From Azolla caroliniana (taxonomy: Eukaryota; Plantae; Polypodiophyta): a DNA stretch of 64,000 bases. Each line of letters begins with the position of its first letter. Position 1 is the first letter of the stretch. The translations under genes were made by a program, and so were the position numbers. Below, piece by piece: positions 48,898-62,726 of this stretch. The notes below the pieces were generated by a model. That model made no database searches and was not told where the DNA came from. It saw only the letters and a program-made list of their open reading frames with translations. The stretch lies in NCBI GenBank assembly GCA_043228905.1, contig JBHGNT010000017.1, positions 18,724,001 to 18,788,000 on the forward strand, written 5' to 3'.

Positions 48898-50930
48898 ATC
48901 CTTGTAAACGCCTATTTTATCTTCTTAATAGGACCACCTCCACCCCAGACACTTTTATGTGGCTAGGTAATACAAATACATCTTTCCCCTTCCACCCACG
49001 CCATAAAAAATCCAATAGTAATAGACCACGAAAAAAGTTTTGGAAACCACTTAGTGCTACCCTTCGAATAGAAAGTAAAATTCACAATTTATCTAAACAC
49101 CCCCTCACAAATAATGAAACACAATTGCTAAGCTTAGGACTCAAATACATTCCACCATCCTCTCTACCTTCCACTAATACTATCATTAAAGAATTTGCTA
49201 GTTTAAGTAGATCTTTACGTTTAAAACATTTCTTTAGAGACATGGACTCACCCCCCCTTAATCCATTTAAACTACCAAATCCTAACTGGAATCCACCATC
49301 TCAATATCCCCCTCTTGAAAATATTATTAAAAAACATGAAACCCTCCTTTTGTCTAAACTCCAACAACATAAACCCAAACCCGTTAGGACACCATTTCAC
49401 CTTCGCACAGCCCTTAAGAGCCTTAGGAAAAACAACCAAATTATCGTTCTTCCAGCTGATAAGAACATGGGAGTATGTGTTCTAGACAAAGATACCTATT
49501 ATGAAAAAGCTATAAACCACCTCTCGGATACCACCACCTATAGAAAAGTAACCCATTTTCCATTAGAAGAACTCTTATATCGCCTAAATAGTATAGTGCA
49601 AAAAAATCTAGGGACACTTTCCTTTATCGAAGCTAATTACATACTCCATAAACCCGTAAAGGGATATCAAGTATCTAACATTTACTTTCTCCCTAAACTC
49701 CATAAAACACCCATTAGCTTTAGACCCATCTGTTCTTATAATAACTCGATATTCGAGCAAACCTCAAAATGGCTACATTTTCAACTATTACCCATCCTAG
49801 TACTCCAAAAACAATACCTAAAAGACTCACACTCACTCATCCAAAAACTAGAACAACTAACCCCCCCTCCTAACAGTTTCATCTTCTCTTTTGATGTAGA
49901 ATCCCTTTATCCTAGCATCCCCCCTAAGTTAGGACTCGAAGCACTTCGCCATATCATCTCTTCCCATTTTTCCTTAGCCAAGACCAATCTTATCTATACC
50001 CTTAGCGCTCTAACCCTAGAGTATCACCATCTAACCTTCGATAATCAAGTATACCAACAAATCAAAGGAACAGCCATGGGTAGCAACTTCTCAGTTGTCT
50101 ATGCATGCCTTTTCTTATCACACCTAGAAAACTCACAAACCACACCCCATCTCTTCTATTTTACTCGGTACATAGGTGATGCATTCGGGGTTTGGACAGG
50201 TACGAAACCCCAACTCTTAGACTACCTCAGTTTCTACAGCCTTATGACCAATAACTCTATTAAACTTACGATCCATACATCCCCCACTAGGCTCCCTTTC
50301 TTGGATATTTGGATCAATCTAGAGAACTCTAAGTTCTCTTTCAATTGTTTCCAAAAACCATTAAATTCCTATCAATATCTTCCCTTCTCCTTAGACCATC
50401 CTATACACGTCAAACAAAATTTTATTTCGAACGTCGAATTAAAACGCTACCTAGTTAGAGAAAGCACACCTATAGGGTACCTAGAAATGAAAAAACGTTT
50501 CTTCCTTAGACTCATTAGCCGAGGTTACCCACCAAATTTCATCCTTAAAACCTTTAATAAACATCCTTTCTCCCTTAAGAATACCCTCATCCATAAGCAT
50601 AAAAACAAATCTTCCCTTACACCTACCATATTCAAGCTTAGGTACTCTAAAAACTCCCCTAAATTAGGTATCCACTCGTTCTTAAAAGACTTACACACCG
50701 ACCTTAGCCTAGATCCCCAACTAAAAAACATTCCTAAGCCTTTCATATGTTGGACCAAGTCCAAAGCACTCTATTCTTATCTAGTCAAAACTAAATATAT
50801 TAGATCCCCATTAAAACATCACACTTACTATTGCTATCATTCTACTAGAACTAAATATAATAGATCCCCAAATCATCCCTTACCATCAAACTCATTAAGC
50901 TATCCCTCTCTACATTCACTACCTCCCTAA
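48840..50930 (+). CDS. Penelope-like reverse transcriptase (open frame; catalytic YIDD reads YIGD); no endonuclease domain
   Basis: LSLGLKYIP, ADKNMG, YFLPKLHK..FRPI, FDVESLYPSIP, GTAMGS, RYIGD, LPFLDI, YLPF..HP, RL..RGYP. Confidence 0.88.
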   Translation, partial: KKRLARRAKRVNKHFRHAVHPCKRLFYLLNRTTSTPDTFMWLGNTNTSFPFHPRHKKSNSNRPRKKFWKPLSATLRIESKIHNLSKHPLTNNETQLLSLGLKYIPPSSLPSTNTIIKEFASLSRSLRLKHFFRDMDSPPLNPFKLPNPNWNPPSQYPPLENIIKKHETLLLSKLQQHKPKPVRTPFHLRTALKSLRKNNQIIVLPADKNMGVCVLDKDTYYEKAINHLSDTTTYRKVTHFPLEELLYRLNSIVQKNLGTLSFIEANYILHKPVKGYQVSNIYFLPKLHKTPISFRPICSYNNSIFEQTSKWLHFQLLPILVLQKQYLKDSHSLIQKLEQLTPPPNSFIFSFDVESLYPSIPPKLGLEALRHIISSHFSLAKTNLIYTLSALTLEYHHLTFDNQVYQQIKGTAMGSNFSVVYACLFLSHLENSQTTPHLFYFTRYIGDAFGVWTGTKPQLLDYLSFYSLMTNNSIKLTIHTSPTRLPFLDIWINLENSKFSFNCFQKPLNSYQYLPFSLDHPIHVKQNFISNVELKRYLVRESTPIGYLEMKKRFFLRLISRGYPPNFILKTFNKHPFSLKNTLIHKHKNKSSLTPTIFKLRYSKNSPKLGIHSFLKDLHTDLSLDPQLKNIPKPFICWTKSKALYSYLVKTKYIRSPLKHHTYYCYHSTRTKYNRSPNHPLPSNSLSYPSLHSLPP

Positions 50931-51040
50931 CTCCCACATCCTCCTTTATACACATTCAAATCCCCTCTCATCCATCCCCACCACTCCCCTTCACTCTTCT
51001 TGCATCTTCCCCTATATAAGCCTCTCACATTTTTGTATAT

Positions 51041-51093
51041 GGTCTTTAGCACTGATGAGCTCATATAGAGCAAAACATGTTTGCCAAAAGACC
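51041..51093 (+). ncRNA. Hammerhead ribozyme, 3' copy (core GAAA mutated to AAAA; probably inactive)
   Basis: Same as 33320-33372 except GAGCAAAAC in place of GAGCGAAAC. Confidence 0.75.
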
Positions 51094-51115
51094 TTTTCTT
51101 ACATAAATTGAAATT

Positions 51116-51120
<5 letters not shown>

Positions 51121-51180
<60 letters not shown>
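51121..51180 (+). repeat. (TC)n microsatellite in the 3' pLTR (expanded relative to the 5' pLTR)
   Basis: Seen directly. Confidence 0.95.
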
Positions 51181-51184
<4 letters not shown>

Positions 51185-51799
51185 CCTCCCCTACTACTCT
51201 CTTTTATACTATTCTTTAGGTACCATACTATTTACCCTAACTATCCAACCACCGAAGGTTATACGCTCGCACTCCTTGCTTAGGCCATACGGCCCACAAG
51301 TACTATTATTACGCACTAACTATTACATCATCGGTGGTGGCTTTATAAGCCCACCACCGATATAGATACGGTTTCCTTCTCATAACCGTATTCCTAAGAT
51401 TAATAAATAAATATTTATTTATTTATTTATTGCTTATAATTATTATTATTTTCCATACTCCCCCCTAAGCAAAAATTTCTAGAAGTGTAGATTTTCATCT
51501 TTGTCTTCGATTACATCAATTAATCCAACTTGCTTGCAACAAATAATGTGCTTAGAATGTTGAAGAGGTTTCGTTAGAAAATCAACCCACATTTGATGAG
51601 TGGGAGCACACATCAAATAATGTGCTTAGAATGTTGAAGAGGTTTTGTTAGAAAATCAACCCACATTTGATGAGTGAAGAAAATGATGTTTTAAGTCCAC
51701 ATGACGTATATTGTCGCTCATCTTCGGATTGTTGGCTAACTTGATGCAAGATTGATTATCGCAAAACAAAGTCACTAGAAGTGGGGGTAGCCAAGCTAT

Positions 51800-54700
51800 T
51801 TTATATGGTTTAGAATTGAGCTTTTGGGAGAGGTTGTGCTTTAAGTATGGTTTTCAAGATACTTGGTGCTCTCCCTCTTTTAGCAAACATGTTGAATGTT
51901 TGCAATTCTCTAGATCAGATAGACGGTTATTAGGTGCTAATATATCTCGATTAGACAAATTCTATGATGATGACTTCTTTATAGCATTAGGAGGATCATT
52001 ACAGATATTAGCTGGGATGAAACAACTACATAGGGATGATGGATCCATTACTGAGGATGCTAGAGAAATGAGGGATATTGCTACGAAATTTTATAGTAAT
52101 CTATTTTCTGCTGAATGTTTTACACTGGATCAATTGGAGAGACAGAGAGTTGTGTGGCAGTCCATGCATGCACGGGTTTCTCTCAATATGATAAATGTTT
52201 TGGTTAAACCAATTTCGGTTTTTGAAGTAAGGGTTGCTTTGGATGCAATTGGCTCCCATGTATGCCCTAGTACCGATGGATTCTCAGCTGATTTTTTCCG
52301 GAATTATTGGGAGCTTATTGGGATTAATATTACTGCTGCATTTCAGGAGGTATTTGACACTGGATTTATGCCTAGTAAGTGGACTGAAGGCATGATTTAT
52401 CTTATTCCTAAGCTGGAAGGGGTAGTGGCTGATATTAGGAAGTGGCGACCAATAACTATATTGAATACTATTTACAAAATATATGCTAAGTTATTGGCTA
52501 TGAGATTGCAACCTTTTTTATCGGACATCATTCATAACACCCAAACAGGATTTTTACAAGATAGGAGTATATTGGATAACATTTTTTTATTTTGGGAAGC
52601 GGTTGCAATTTCACAAGAAAGGAAAGACGATTTAGTCATCTTATTGTTGGATTTCGAAAAGTCCTATGACAGAGTAGATTGGTCTTTTTTTAGGGGTACC
52701 ATGGAAAAGTTGGGTTTTCCTAATCAATGGTTAACGGTTGTCTCAGCTCTTTATAACTCAGCTACTAGTAGGGTATTAGTTGATGGAGAGTTAGGCCAAG
52801 CATTTGTAATTTCGAGGTCAGTGAGACAGGGATGTCCGCTGGCTCCTTTTTTATATTTGATGATTGGAGAAGCGTTTAATAGTTTTCTTACAAGTAATAC
52901 TGTGAATATAAAAGGGCTACAATGGCCATGGTTAGAGGAGCAAGTTGTGGATTGTCAATTTGCTGATGATACAGCCTTGTATTTGCAAGGTTCTAGTGAC
53001 AATCTTTCTAGAGTACAACATGTTATCGATACATTTTGCTATGCTTCTGGAACTATTATTAATTGGAATAAATCGGTGGGGTTCTGGGTAGGTAACACAG
53101 TAAACCCTTTGTGGTGCCCACAAGAAGGGTTTCAATGGATTCCACATGGGAAACCTATAAGATACTTGGGGTGCCAGGTAGGTATTAATATTTCGCCGGA
53201 AGATCATGTAGCTCCTTTGTTGCTTGATATAAGGAACAAATTGTTATATTGGAATACTTCTAAATTGTCATTGGCAGGAAGGGTTGTCATTGCCAATCAT
53301 GTATTGTTGGCCTCCATGTGGTACATTTTATCGGCTTGATTGTGCTCACGTTCCGCTTTGTCGCAAGTACAAAGGCTTATTAGGAATTTTCTTTGGGGAT
53401 CTAAAGATTGTTTTTATGTGAGAGCCAAGGTATCTTGGAAAGTTATTACAACTCCAAAGGACGAAGGTGGTCTTGGTTTGATTGACCCTCTTTTACAATG
53501 TAAGGCTTTAGTGGGGAAATTTATTATAAGAGGTTTGTTGCCCGGTGGGGAGCCTTGGAAAAAAATCTTAAGGCAGAGAATGGTTAAAGTTGTGCCTTCT
53601 ACCGGTAGCAATTGGAAAGATAGTATTAGATGGTGGTTTTTAAGAGATTTTAACCAATCCATTGATATTTTTCGCCAGGATAAGTTTTTGCGGGGTATCA
53701 TGAAGGCATGGTGGGACTTGAAACAGTACTTAGTCCAATCTCTACCATCATGTAAGGAGGAATGGTTGCGTCAACCCCTCATATTGAACCCACTATTTAC
53801 ATCAGAAGATGGGGTAATGTTAGGGAAGAGAACTAGGTTGAATTGGGCTAACTTTGATAAAGGTAAAGCTAAGTCAGTTGGGAATTGGCTGACTTTTTCT
53901 TCTTCAGGGATGGAAAACAAAACCCAAGTTTGTAGGGCAATTTGGGGAGGGAATATTATGTATTCAGAAATGGATAGAGTCTTTACAAGATCTTCCTTTC
54001 AACCTTCTCAAACTAGTATGTTTTGGTATGGTATGTTTTCATCCCTACATGTATTATTGGGGGTTAGGGGTTATAAAAACTCTCACAAATGCTTGTACTT
54101 CGATGTTTTGTCTTGTGGACGATTGCATTCTCTCTTTGTGGAAGACGAAATTGTAACTTGAGGGAATAGGTTGTCTATTCATGTATTATGGAAGAAAGAT
54201 AAAAAATGGATATTGAAACCACATCCAAATGATGTAAACAATCTTTCTAATTTATGGGTCTATGAGACTAAGCCCATTAATCGCCTTTTGTGGGATCCTG
54301 GTGAGTGGAAATGGGAAATCAGATCAGCACAAGGAATGTTAGGTAAGAAAATCCCATTCTTTCAGTATTCGGTAAAAATGGGTAGAGAAATGCTAAGGAG
54401 AGGTGTGACTGTTACACCAACAGCTTGTAAATTTTGGAGACTTGGTAATGTAACAGAGTCTTGGTTGAATGCTTATTGGAAATGGTTATGGGCCATGCAA
54501 ATTCCTAAAAAGGTCGTGTTATTTAAATGGTTGTTGATACATTATGCCATTCCTATGAAGTCATGGATGTGAGGACATTGTCAAGATTTAAAATGTCACA
54601 ATTGTGGTTTTCCCATTGAATCGGTTTACCATGTTTTATGGATATGTCCTATTGCTAGAGCAGTTTGGAAAAGAATGTTGAGAATGTTATATCCTATTTA

Positions 54701-55285
54701 TGGTAGGCAGGTGTACACATGGGGTTTTGTGAGATGGGGAAGATTGGCTAAGGAAATTCAAAACTATGAAAAGGAGTATGGTGGGTTCCTTCTCCTCTCC
54801 GATGGGAGACATGTATTGGAGATCTCGGATATTACATCAGTTCGTTGTTTGGAAGAGGATATGGTCTGGTCTACGATATCTTCTCTAGTCGTTTGGGTAT
54901 TGTGGAAGGCTAGATATAAATGTGTATTTCAGAAAGTTAAATTGAATGCAGTTGACTTAGTCAAAGAGGTATGGTTAATGCTCGTACACACTTTAAGGTG
55001 TCAATATGATGCAATAATTGGTGAGCCTAAGGTTGTGATTCGTAGACAACAACAGTTTCGAGAAATTTGGAAAAACGCTTAGGTTTTCATCTCTTTTGGA
55101 GAAAGAATAAAGTGGAGCTATGCTCCACCAAGATGGCTTTTTCCACCCCCCGTCTTGGAACAACTTCCATGAGGGCTTGTGATACTTGACATTCTGGTTG
55201 ATGTGGATATAACGGTTGTAATATATTGAATTCGTTGTAGCCTTTTGGCATCTTTCCATTAATACCAAGGTGAACCTTCTTTAAA
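51800..55285 (+). mobile_element. 5'-truncated, decayed L1-like LINE (ORF2: APE remnant, RT, zf-RVT)
   Basis: SRLDKFY, KWRPITILN, LDFEKSYDRVDW, VRQGCPLAP, QFADD, RYLG, GGLG, CHNC..ESVYHVLWIC; in-frame stops; no TSD seen. Confidence 0.9.
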
Positions 55286-56856
55286 GAGAGAGAGAGAGAG
55301 AGAGAGAGAGAAGAAAACAGTTATATTATTACGCACTAACTATTACATCATTGGTGGTGGCTTTATAAGCCCACCACCGATACAGATACAGTTTCCTTCT
55401 CATGAAGGAAACCGTATTCCTAAGATTAATAACTATTTATTTATTTATTGCTTATAATTATTATTATTTTCCATAAAAATAATAGAGTTGTAAATTGTTT
55501 TCATTGCAAGTGTACACGAGGTAACTTAGACATTTATATGCAAGGAAAGTTATTGATGGGTAGAGATCCATAAAATCAGCCAAATCAACTATGTAGTATG
55601 GGCAAGTGTGGGCAAATCTAAATTTTATTATGAATGTACCATGCATGGAGGTATGTTGCTATTGCTAATATCATTAATCCCTCTAAAGTGCAGCCTCTCT
55701 TTAAAACAATAGATCTTCGTATCTTCTCTTCGCTTTGGTGTTGAGTTGATATATTGTCAGCTTGTTCAGGGCCTGTGTACCGAAGAATGGTTGCGTATGG
55801 TTCAAGTTTGGGAACACTTGAAAGTTGTGAATCTTTACTCTCGAAACCAGGAAAATCTCATGGAGGTTGTGTATATCCTGTTGATGATGATTGTAGAACA
55901 TTTGTATGGGTACTTTACATTGAGCTCCTCTCATGTTGAATCATTGTGAGGGAAGTAGTAAGGGACAAATAGATCAATGTTTGAGTAGTGTTCAATGCAT
56001 AGCCTGCTTTGGCCTTCACGACCAATAAGCTCACGTTGAACATCATATCCTCCCAACAACCCTAACCCACAAAAAGTGAAAAAGAAATAATCCTGGAAAC
56101 CCTGTCCTTAACTCCACACAAGAAGCATCCTGCTCCCCCTCCAAAGAGAGATAGACACAAATACAAAGGCAAAGATGGGGGGAGCACTTGTAACCCCCAA
56201 AAAGAACCACAAAAATGTGGCCTAAGCCTTATTTCGTCGTGGTTTAGATGTTGTCTTCCCTTTTCTAAAGTTTACAGACCTATTTTTATCATGTATTGTG
56301 CTTTAATCTCTTATTTAGGTGCTTTTGTTTTATTATACCTTCACAAAAGTGAAATTTGACATTTATTGGCCACAATGAAACTTGAACTTTGATTTCTCTT
56401 CAAAAAAATATTTGCTTGACTGATTGAACTAAAACTTGTTATTGCTATGATTATTTTCTTCTCACATTGAAAAAACTTCTCATTAGAGAGATAACTTCCA
56501 TTTACGTGTTCATTGTTGATAATCAATTCTTCTTTTCTCTTGTTGTCTTCCTCTTTTCTTTACAATGAATGAAAATCGACTTCTTCCATGTTAAATTTAT
56601 CTAGTCAAACTAAGATATAATCATCAACCATTTCAACACATATGAACTAATTCTTCCACTAATGGATTGTGACACACAAGAAACAAAGAGGCAATCTTTA
56701 TGAATAGCCCTCACTTTGATACCATGTAAAAATTTAGAAAACTTTCATGCAACATAGTAGATGTGTCTTAGTGAGTAAGAGAAAGAGCCTAGATGGATAT
56801 AACTTAGTCGGTAAGATTGTCTTGTGGAGACCTAGAGGTCATGCATTCAACCCCTA

Positions 56857-56970
56857 CATTCCATAATGGGATCTAGTAAATTAAGAAAATACATATGAAG
56901 TAACATAGAGGGACATTCCATAATGGAATCTAGTAAATTAAGAAAATATATATGAAGTAATACAGAGGGG
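56857..56970. repeat. ~56-bp tandem duplication
   Basis: CATTCCATAATGG.ATCTAGTAAATTAAGAAAATA.ATATGAAGTAA..AGAGGG occurs twice. Confidence 0.8.
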
Positions 56971-57466
56971 AAAGTTGGGCTTTGAACCCAAGAATTAGGG
57001 TTAACCACTAGGGTAAGTATTATGCAACTAAATGTAGAATTTGATAGCGTGTTAAGCAAGATGAGGGGATGACTACAATGGTAATAACACTACTAATCAA
57101 AAGGTAATCTATGATGTAATAAACTATAAGCAACACTTTATGCAAGAGGGAGGACTTGGTTTACATAGGACTGTTATGCAACTAAGTATAGAATTTGGAA
57201 GCAGATTAATCAAGATCAGGGAATGACGATGATAATATTGATTTCTCCTCCAATATATATGCTCGCAAATCCATAGAAAACCTCTTTCCCTACTTCCAAG
57301 TGGTAACTAGCACCCTCATTCCATCTATAACTAGAGGGAACATCAGGCCCTAGGTTTTTAAAACTTCTATAGTTTTAAGTGGTTTAGTATTGTACCCAAT
57401 GCATGATATATATTTATTTTGATTCTCACATGGATTACCTTTGTTTAGAGACAATGGCACTCAATT

Positions 57467-58025
57467 TGTTTGGATCGAAACTGACCACAACCGGTAACTT
57501 GTACGTATGTTTAGGTGAAGTGCATGGACAAGAAAGAACAGAAAATGAGAAAAGTAGAAATGAGGCACATATATTTAATGTGGAAAACCCGAAAGGGAAA
57601 AACCATGGGGGTCCACAAACCCCGAGAAAGATCACTATAAGGAGGAGTACAATGAGAAGCTTCAAGGCAACAACCTTAAGCTCTCCTTCGTCAGACTGAC
57701 GGCTGTAGAGTTACTCGCTAACTCTCACTCTCTCTCAGCTACAAAGGCAACTACCTTCTGTATAACTATACAACAGTAATGATTTAACTCATCATATAGT
57801 TTTCCCTAGTTGTATTTATACTTATACAACTTTCTAGCTATTTATAGATATGGCCCACATGGGGCACATTCAGACTATTTACAAATATAGTCTCCCGAAT
57901 CGGTTATATAATCGATTCACGATTTCAGTTTCGGTTTTGGTTTCGGCCTCAGCCGAATTACCCATTTATTTCATCCGATTCGGTTCATCCACTTCTTCCC
58001 ATCCGGAGGGACCTGTTATCCAACA
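57467..58025 (-). mobile_element. Solo LTR distantly related to the B/K LTRs
   Basis: TG...CA ends; TSD CAATT (57462-57466 / 58026-58030); shares CCATCCGGAGGGACC, TATTTACAAATATAG and GGAAAACCC blocks with the B LTR. Confidence 0.85.
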
Positions 58026-60251
58026 CAATTTACTACGCATTCAAAAGTTTTCCAATGCACTCATAAGTTTTTGCACATCTAATGTATTTGCTAAAAACAC
58101 CACATCATTTTCTTATAACAAAAGCATGATAGTTACATTCCAATGGTAAACACTTCAATGACTTCTTATTTTACAAAGTTGTCAACAAATTATTCCAACT
58201 CATCAATGCATAAACCAAAGAGATTTGATAAGGGTGGGCATCCTTGCTAACACCAATAACACTAGTGAAACAAACTGGAAATATATTTCCCATGCATAAG
58301 CCACGCCAAAAACCTTTTTGAAACATATAGAAATTGGAAGTTAAGTGAATAACATTCAAAGCAAAGATAATATTGGATGTTAGGTGATAGAATGATTTGA
58401 TTGTTTGGATTGTTAATCCCATCTTCATGTAAGTAGCATGATAATATCATGTATGATCATGGAAGTCTCGATTGAGATTAACTATGCAAAATTTCCTTTG
58501 CAATATTTTTGAATAAGTCATGATATCAACATCATATACTGGGTGAAAACTCTAAATCTAATATTAAAAACAAATGCACAAAACAACAACAAAAATATTT
58601 CATGTCAATAAAAACAATTTATTGTCTAATTTTATGTATGGGAGGATAGTGTGAACCATATGTACCGTACATGCATTTGCATTCGAGTATGTTTCAATCA
58701 TTCAAGTATGGTAAACACCCTTGAAGTATGGTAAATGCCATACTTTTGTGCTCAATATTATTATAAGGCAAAACTTTTTTTTAAGGTAAGAAAGTTAAGG
58801 TAAAAAAATGTAAAAAAACATAAGTATGGTTTCATAACATACACATTCGTTGCATACATATGAAAAGAATGTTTGCAAATGCATTCGAGAATGTTATGTA
58901 CTATGTATGGGAGTATTGATGAAGTAACATAAAACAATACACTACACAAAACAAACCTTAGAACAATTCTCTAGTATTTAATACATGTATGACTTCAAAC
59001 CTTTTGTTTCTCCACAATCCCATATCATATATGATTGTTCACGTATACGTAAACATGAATGACACATCTTACCAATATACAGATTAATCACTTTCAAGTG
59101 GACTAAATCACCTACATACTTCAATATTTGTCTTACAATATGAACAAAACAACAAATGTTGCAATCATGGGTTCCAATGTGATGGAGCATCATTCCTTGG
59201 AACTTGGGGCCAATTTCACTTGTTTGCAAAAGCTCCCCATAGTTTCATCTTATCTAAGTTTTCATTATTTTATCCAAGCAAGTGCATATTGATGGTTTAT
59301 CCTATAAATATGGTTTTACAACTTCACTTCTACAAACCATGGGCTTAAAACTATGGTTAACTTCATTATGCAATGTTAACAAGCAAAGAGATATAGCCTG
59401 GCAAACAACTATTCTTTTTATGTAGATTGTTTGTGGACCATTCCACGGTTGAGGATGGGAAAATGCATCAAAACCCCTAATTTGAGATGGGAAGCTAGTT
59501 TGTTTATCATATTCTTTACATATATATTAATTGTTCAAAAAGGTTGTTGCATGTTTTCTTTAAAGTTTAAACATAAACTAGATGCTTAGCTTTTGGGTTT
59601 ATTCATTTTAATTGGACATATGAAAATGTTTATTGTGGATGTGTGACATTGATGAAAGATGTAGGCCTTCAAGCCTCTTTGTCTTGTTGATGCCACAAAT
59701 GTGAAGCTAGTTTTTGAAAGTTTGAGAATATGTAACGGGGCTTTTTTGCTTCTATTTAGAAAAATCTGTAAGCTAGATTTGGCAAGGAAATAATGAGGGA
59801 TGGTAAATGTTGAATTTTGGGGCAAAAAGGTTGAAGAATCTTGAAATTTGTCAAAACTTCTTTGGTAATGTGTTGTGATTGAGTTCATGTCCATCAATAA
59901 TATAATTTGGGCATTAAATGTTCTTGAATATATATCCATCTATATATTTATATACATATTTGAAGTGGAGTTGTCATGCACTAACTCGAAAAGAAACAAA
60001 ACTTAACATGTTTAATGCTAGTACAAAATTAACCAAGTGTCGGTGGTGGAGTCTTCGAAGACTATCATTGTCATGAAAAAGCAACATGATACATGTATGG
60101 ATTAGGGTTTTCTTAAAAACAAAACAAAAAATGTCATTGTTATTTTGTCATATTAGTATAATTAGAGTTGAGGGTGAACAATGTTGAGTTGAGAATGGGC
60201 CCTTGCTTCCACTATTGGTTGGTAATGTGTGACCATAACATGTGAACATGT

Positions 60252-60258
60252 TATAAAA
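60252..60258 (+). promoter_or_regulatory. Putative TATA box of the peroxidase gene
   Basis: TATAAAA about 90 nt upstream of the first ATG. Confidence 0.55.
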
Positions 60259-60344
60259 AGGAAGGAGTTCATGTGAGACAAAATACCAGTACTCTAAGTA
60301 ATAAACATCCTAGGTGAAAATCCATCATTACTTTGTATTAGTAG

Positions 60345-62726
<2,382 letters not shown>

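Larger units (their letters stand above)
33171..51305 (+). mobile_element. Endonuclease-less Penelope-like retroelement (pLTR-ORF1-RT-pLTR), interrupted by H
   Basis: Direct repeats 33171-33538 and 50892-51305 without TG..CA, PBS or PPT; hammerhead motif in each; PLE-type RT; no GIY-YIG motif visible. Confidence 0.88.
32547..55475 (-). mobile_element. Element J: Copia relic (3' LTR about 32547-32965, PPT, RNase H end; 5' LTR remnant about 55284-55475), host of the PLE and the LINE
   Basis: Minus strand: PPT TTAGGGGGGRG before the LTR start; VDFLTKPL and FCDNQSCIKLANNP..RHVDLKHHF RNase H motifs (51480-51800); LTR start repeated at 55475 without a PPT. The left boundary is uncertain. Confidence 0.65.

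Noticed and set aside
50700-50930. C-terminal GIY-YIG endonuclease of the PLE
   Set aside because: No GIY/YIG or Cys motif follows the linker; the frame runs through a short duplication into the pLTR.
56400-57400. Additional LTR element relic (minus-strand TGGTATCA at 56717-56724 next to a CA end)
   Set aside because: Only an 8-nt PBS match, with no partner LTR, TSD or recognisable protein motif.
58030-59300. Decayed hAT-like transposase
   Set aside because: Only a vague peptide resemblance; no TIRs or catalytic motifs can be supported by eye.
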